NCBI RefSeq assembly: GCF_963921235.1
Contig: NC_086108.1
Coordinates: forward strand, 99,822,001 to 99,886,000
Direction of reading: 5' to 3'
From: Mobula hypostoma
Taxonomy: Eukaryota
Length of the DNA stretch: 64,000 nt
Made by a program: the position numbers and the translations under genes. The notes beneath the pieces were generated by a model. That model was not told the origin of the DNA. It made no database searches and saw nothing but the letters and a program-made list of their open reading frames with translations. Position 1 is the stretch's first letter. Each line of letters opens with the position of its first letter. Of the stretch, positions 63,041-64,000 are shown in pieces.

Positions 63041-64000
63041 CAAAATCAATTTGCAAAATTAAACAGGTGAGATGGGATTATAAACAGATTAAGAATTAGT
63101 TGTTAGACAGGAAGAAGATTAAAGATTTTTAAAGATTAGCTTTATTTATCACATGTACTGTATATCAAAGCATCCAAACATGCAGTGGAATGCGTCATTT
63201 ACATCAATGACCAACACAGTACAAGGATGAGCCGGGGGCAGCCCACAAGTGTTGCCATACTTCTGGTGACAAAATAGCATGTCCACAATTTACTAACCCT
63301 AGTCCATATGCCACTGGAATGTGGGAGGAAACTGGAGCACCTGGAGGAAACCCACACAGTCATTGGGAGAACATACAAACTCCTAACAGCATCTGGGGCT
63401 AGCGGTTACAGCCACGGGAAATGGTGTGTCATTTATAACTGAGATTAGGAGAGATTTCTTCAGCACTGGACGGCGGAACTCCCTGCCACAGAAGTTAGTG
63501 GAGGTCAAGTCATTAAATATGTTCAGGAACAGAACTACACAGACCGAATCGGTAAGTGCATTCACTGATTAAATGGATTTATAAACTGCATTGGATCTGC
63601 AGACCACAGAGAGATAGATTAGATTTGCTTTATTTGTCATATGTACATCAAAATTTACAGTGAAATGTATCATTTGCATCAACCATGATGAAATGGCGGA
63701 GCAGACCCAATGAGCCAAATGGCCTAATTCTGCTCCTGTATCTTATGGTCTTATGATCCTATGGTCAAATCTAGTCAGCGAGGACTATGCTGGACAACCC
63801 ACAAATGTTGCCTCCCTCCCCGGCCTCAGCGCACAATGCACTAACTGTAACTATACGTCTTTGGAATGTGGAAGGAAACCAGAGCACCAGGTGGTTATGG
63901 GAGAACATACAAACTCCTCACAGACAGTGGTGGGACTCAAACCCCAATCTTATAGCTGGCTGTTCCTACAATAGGCAGAAGGTAGAGGTGAGGCCAATAA

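Noticed and set aside
1..64000. Prokaryotic systems (CRISPR, operons, defence islands), rRNA genes or an intact autonomous transposon
   Set aside because: The sequence is vertebrate intronic/intergenic DNA. No repeat-spacer array, rRNA or full-length intact ORF2/pol was seen.

Overview
This is eukaryotic vertebrate DNA, not microbial. The repeat content (HE1/V-SINE-like SINEs, abundant CR1, Rex1/Babar-like and RTE LINEs, Penelope elements) points to a cartilaginous fish, possibly a ray; this is an inference. Most of the window is nested, decayed transposon sequence, and almost every ORF in the supplied track is a retroelement remnant or noise. The only well-supported host coding feature is a + strand exon (22183-22307) encoding the first six ligands of a RING-CH (MARCH-type) zinc finger with an atypically short CxC-x5-H spacing. 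Three small minus-strand exon candidates (20912-20921, 6872-6973, 2868-2947) splice into one open frame and may be a divergent, unidentified gene. Other notable structures are: about ten Penelope-associated minimal hammerhead ribozyme motifs, some in inverted pairs; an L1/Tx1-type insertion with a twin-priming-style 5' inversion and 12-bp TSD; two solo LTRs with clean TSDs; a shattered Gypsy gag-pro fossil; and SINEs with shared heads but swapped tails. Repeat boundaries are approximate unless a TSD is given. No database searches were run.
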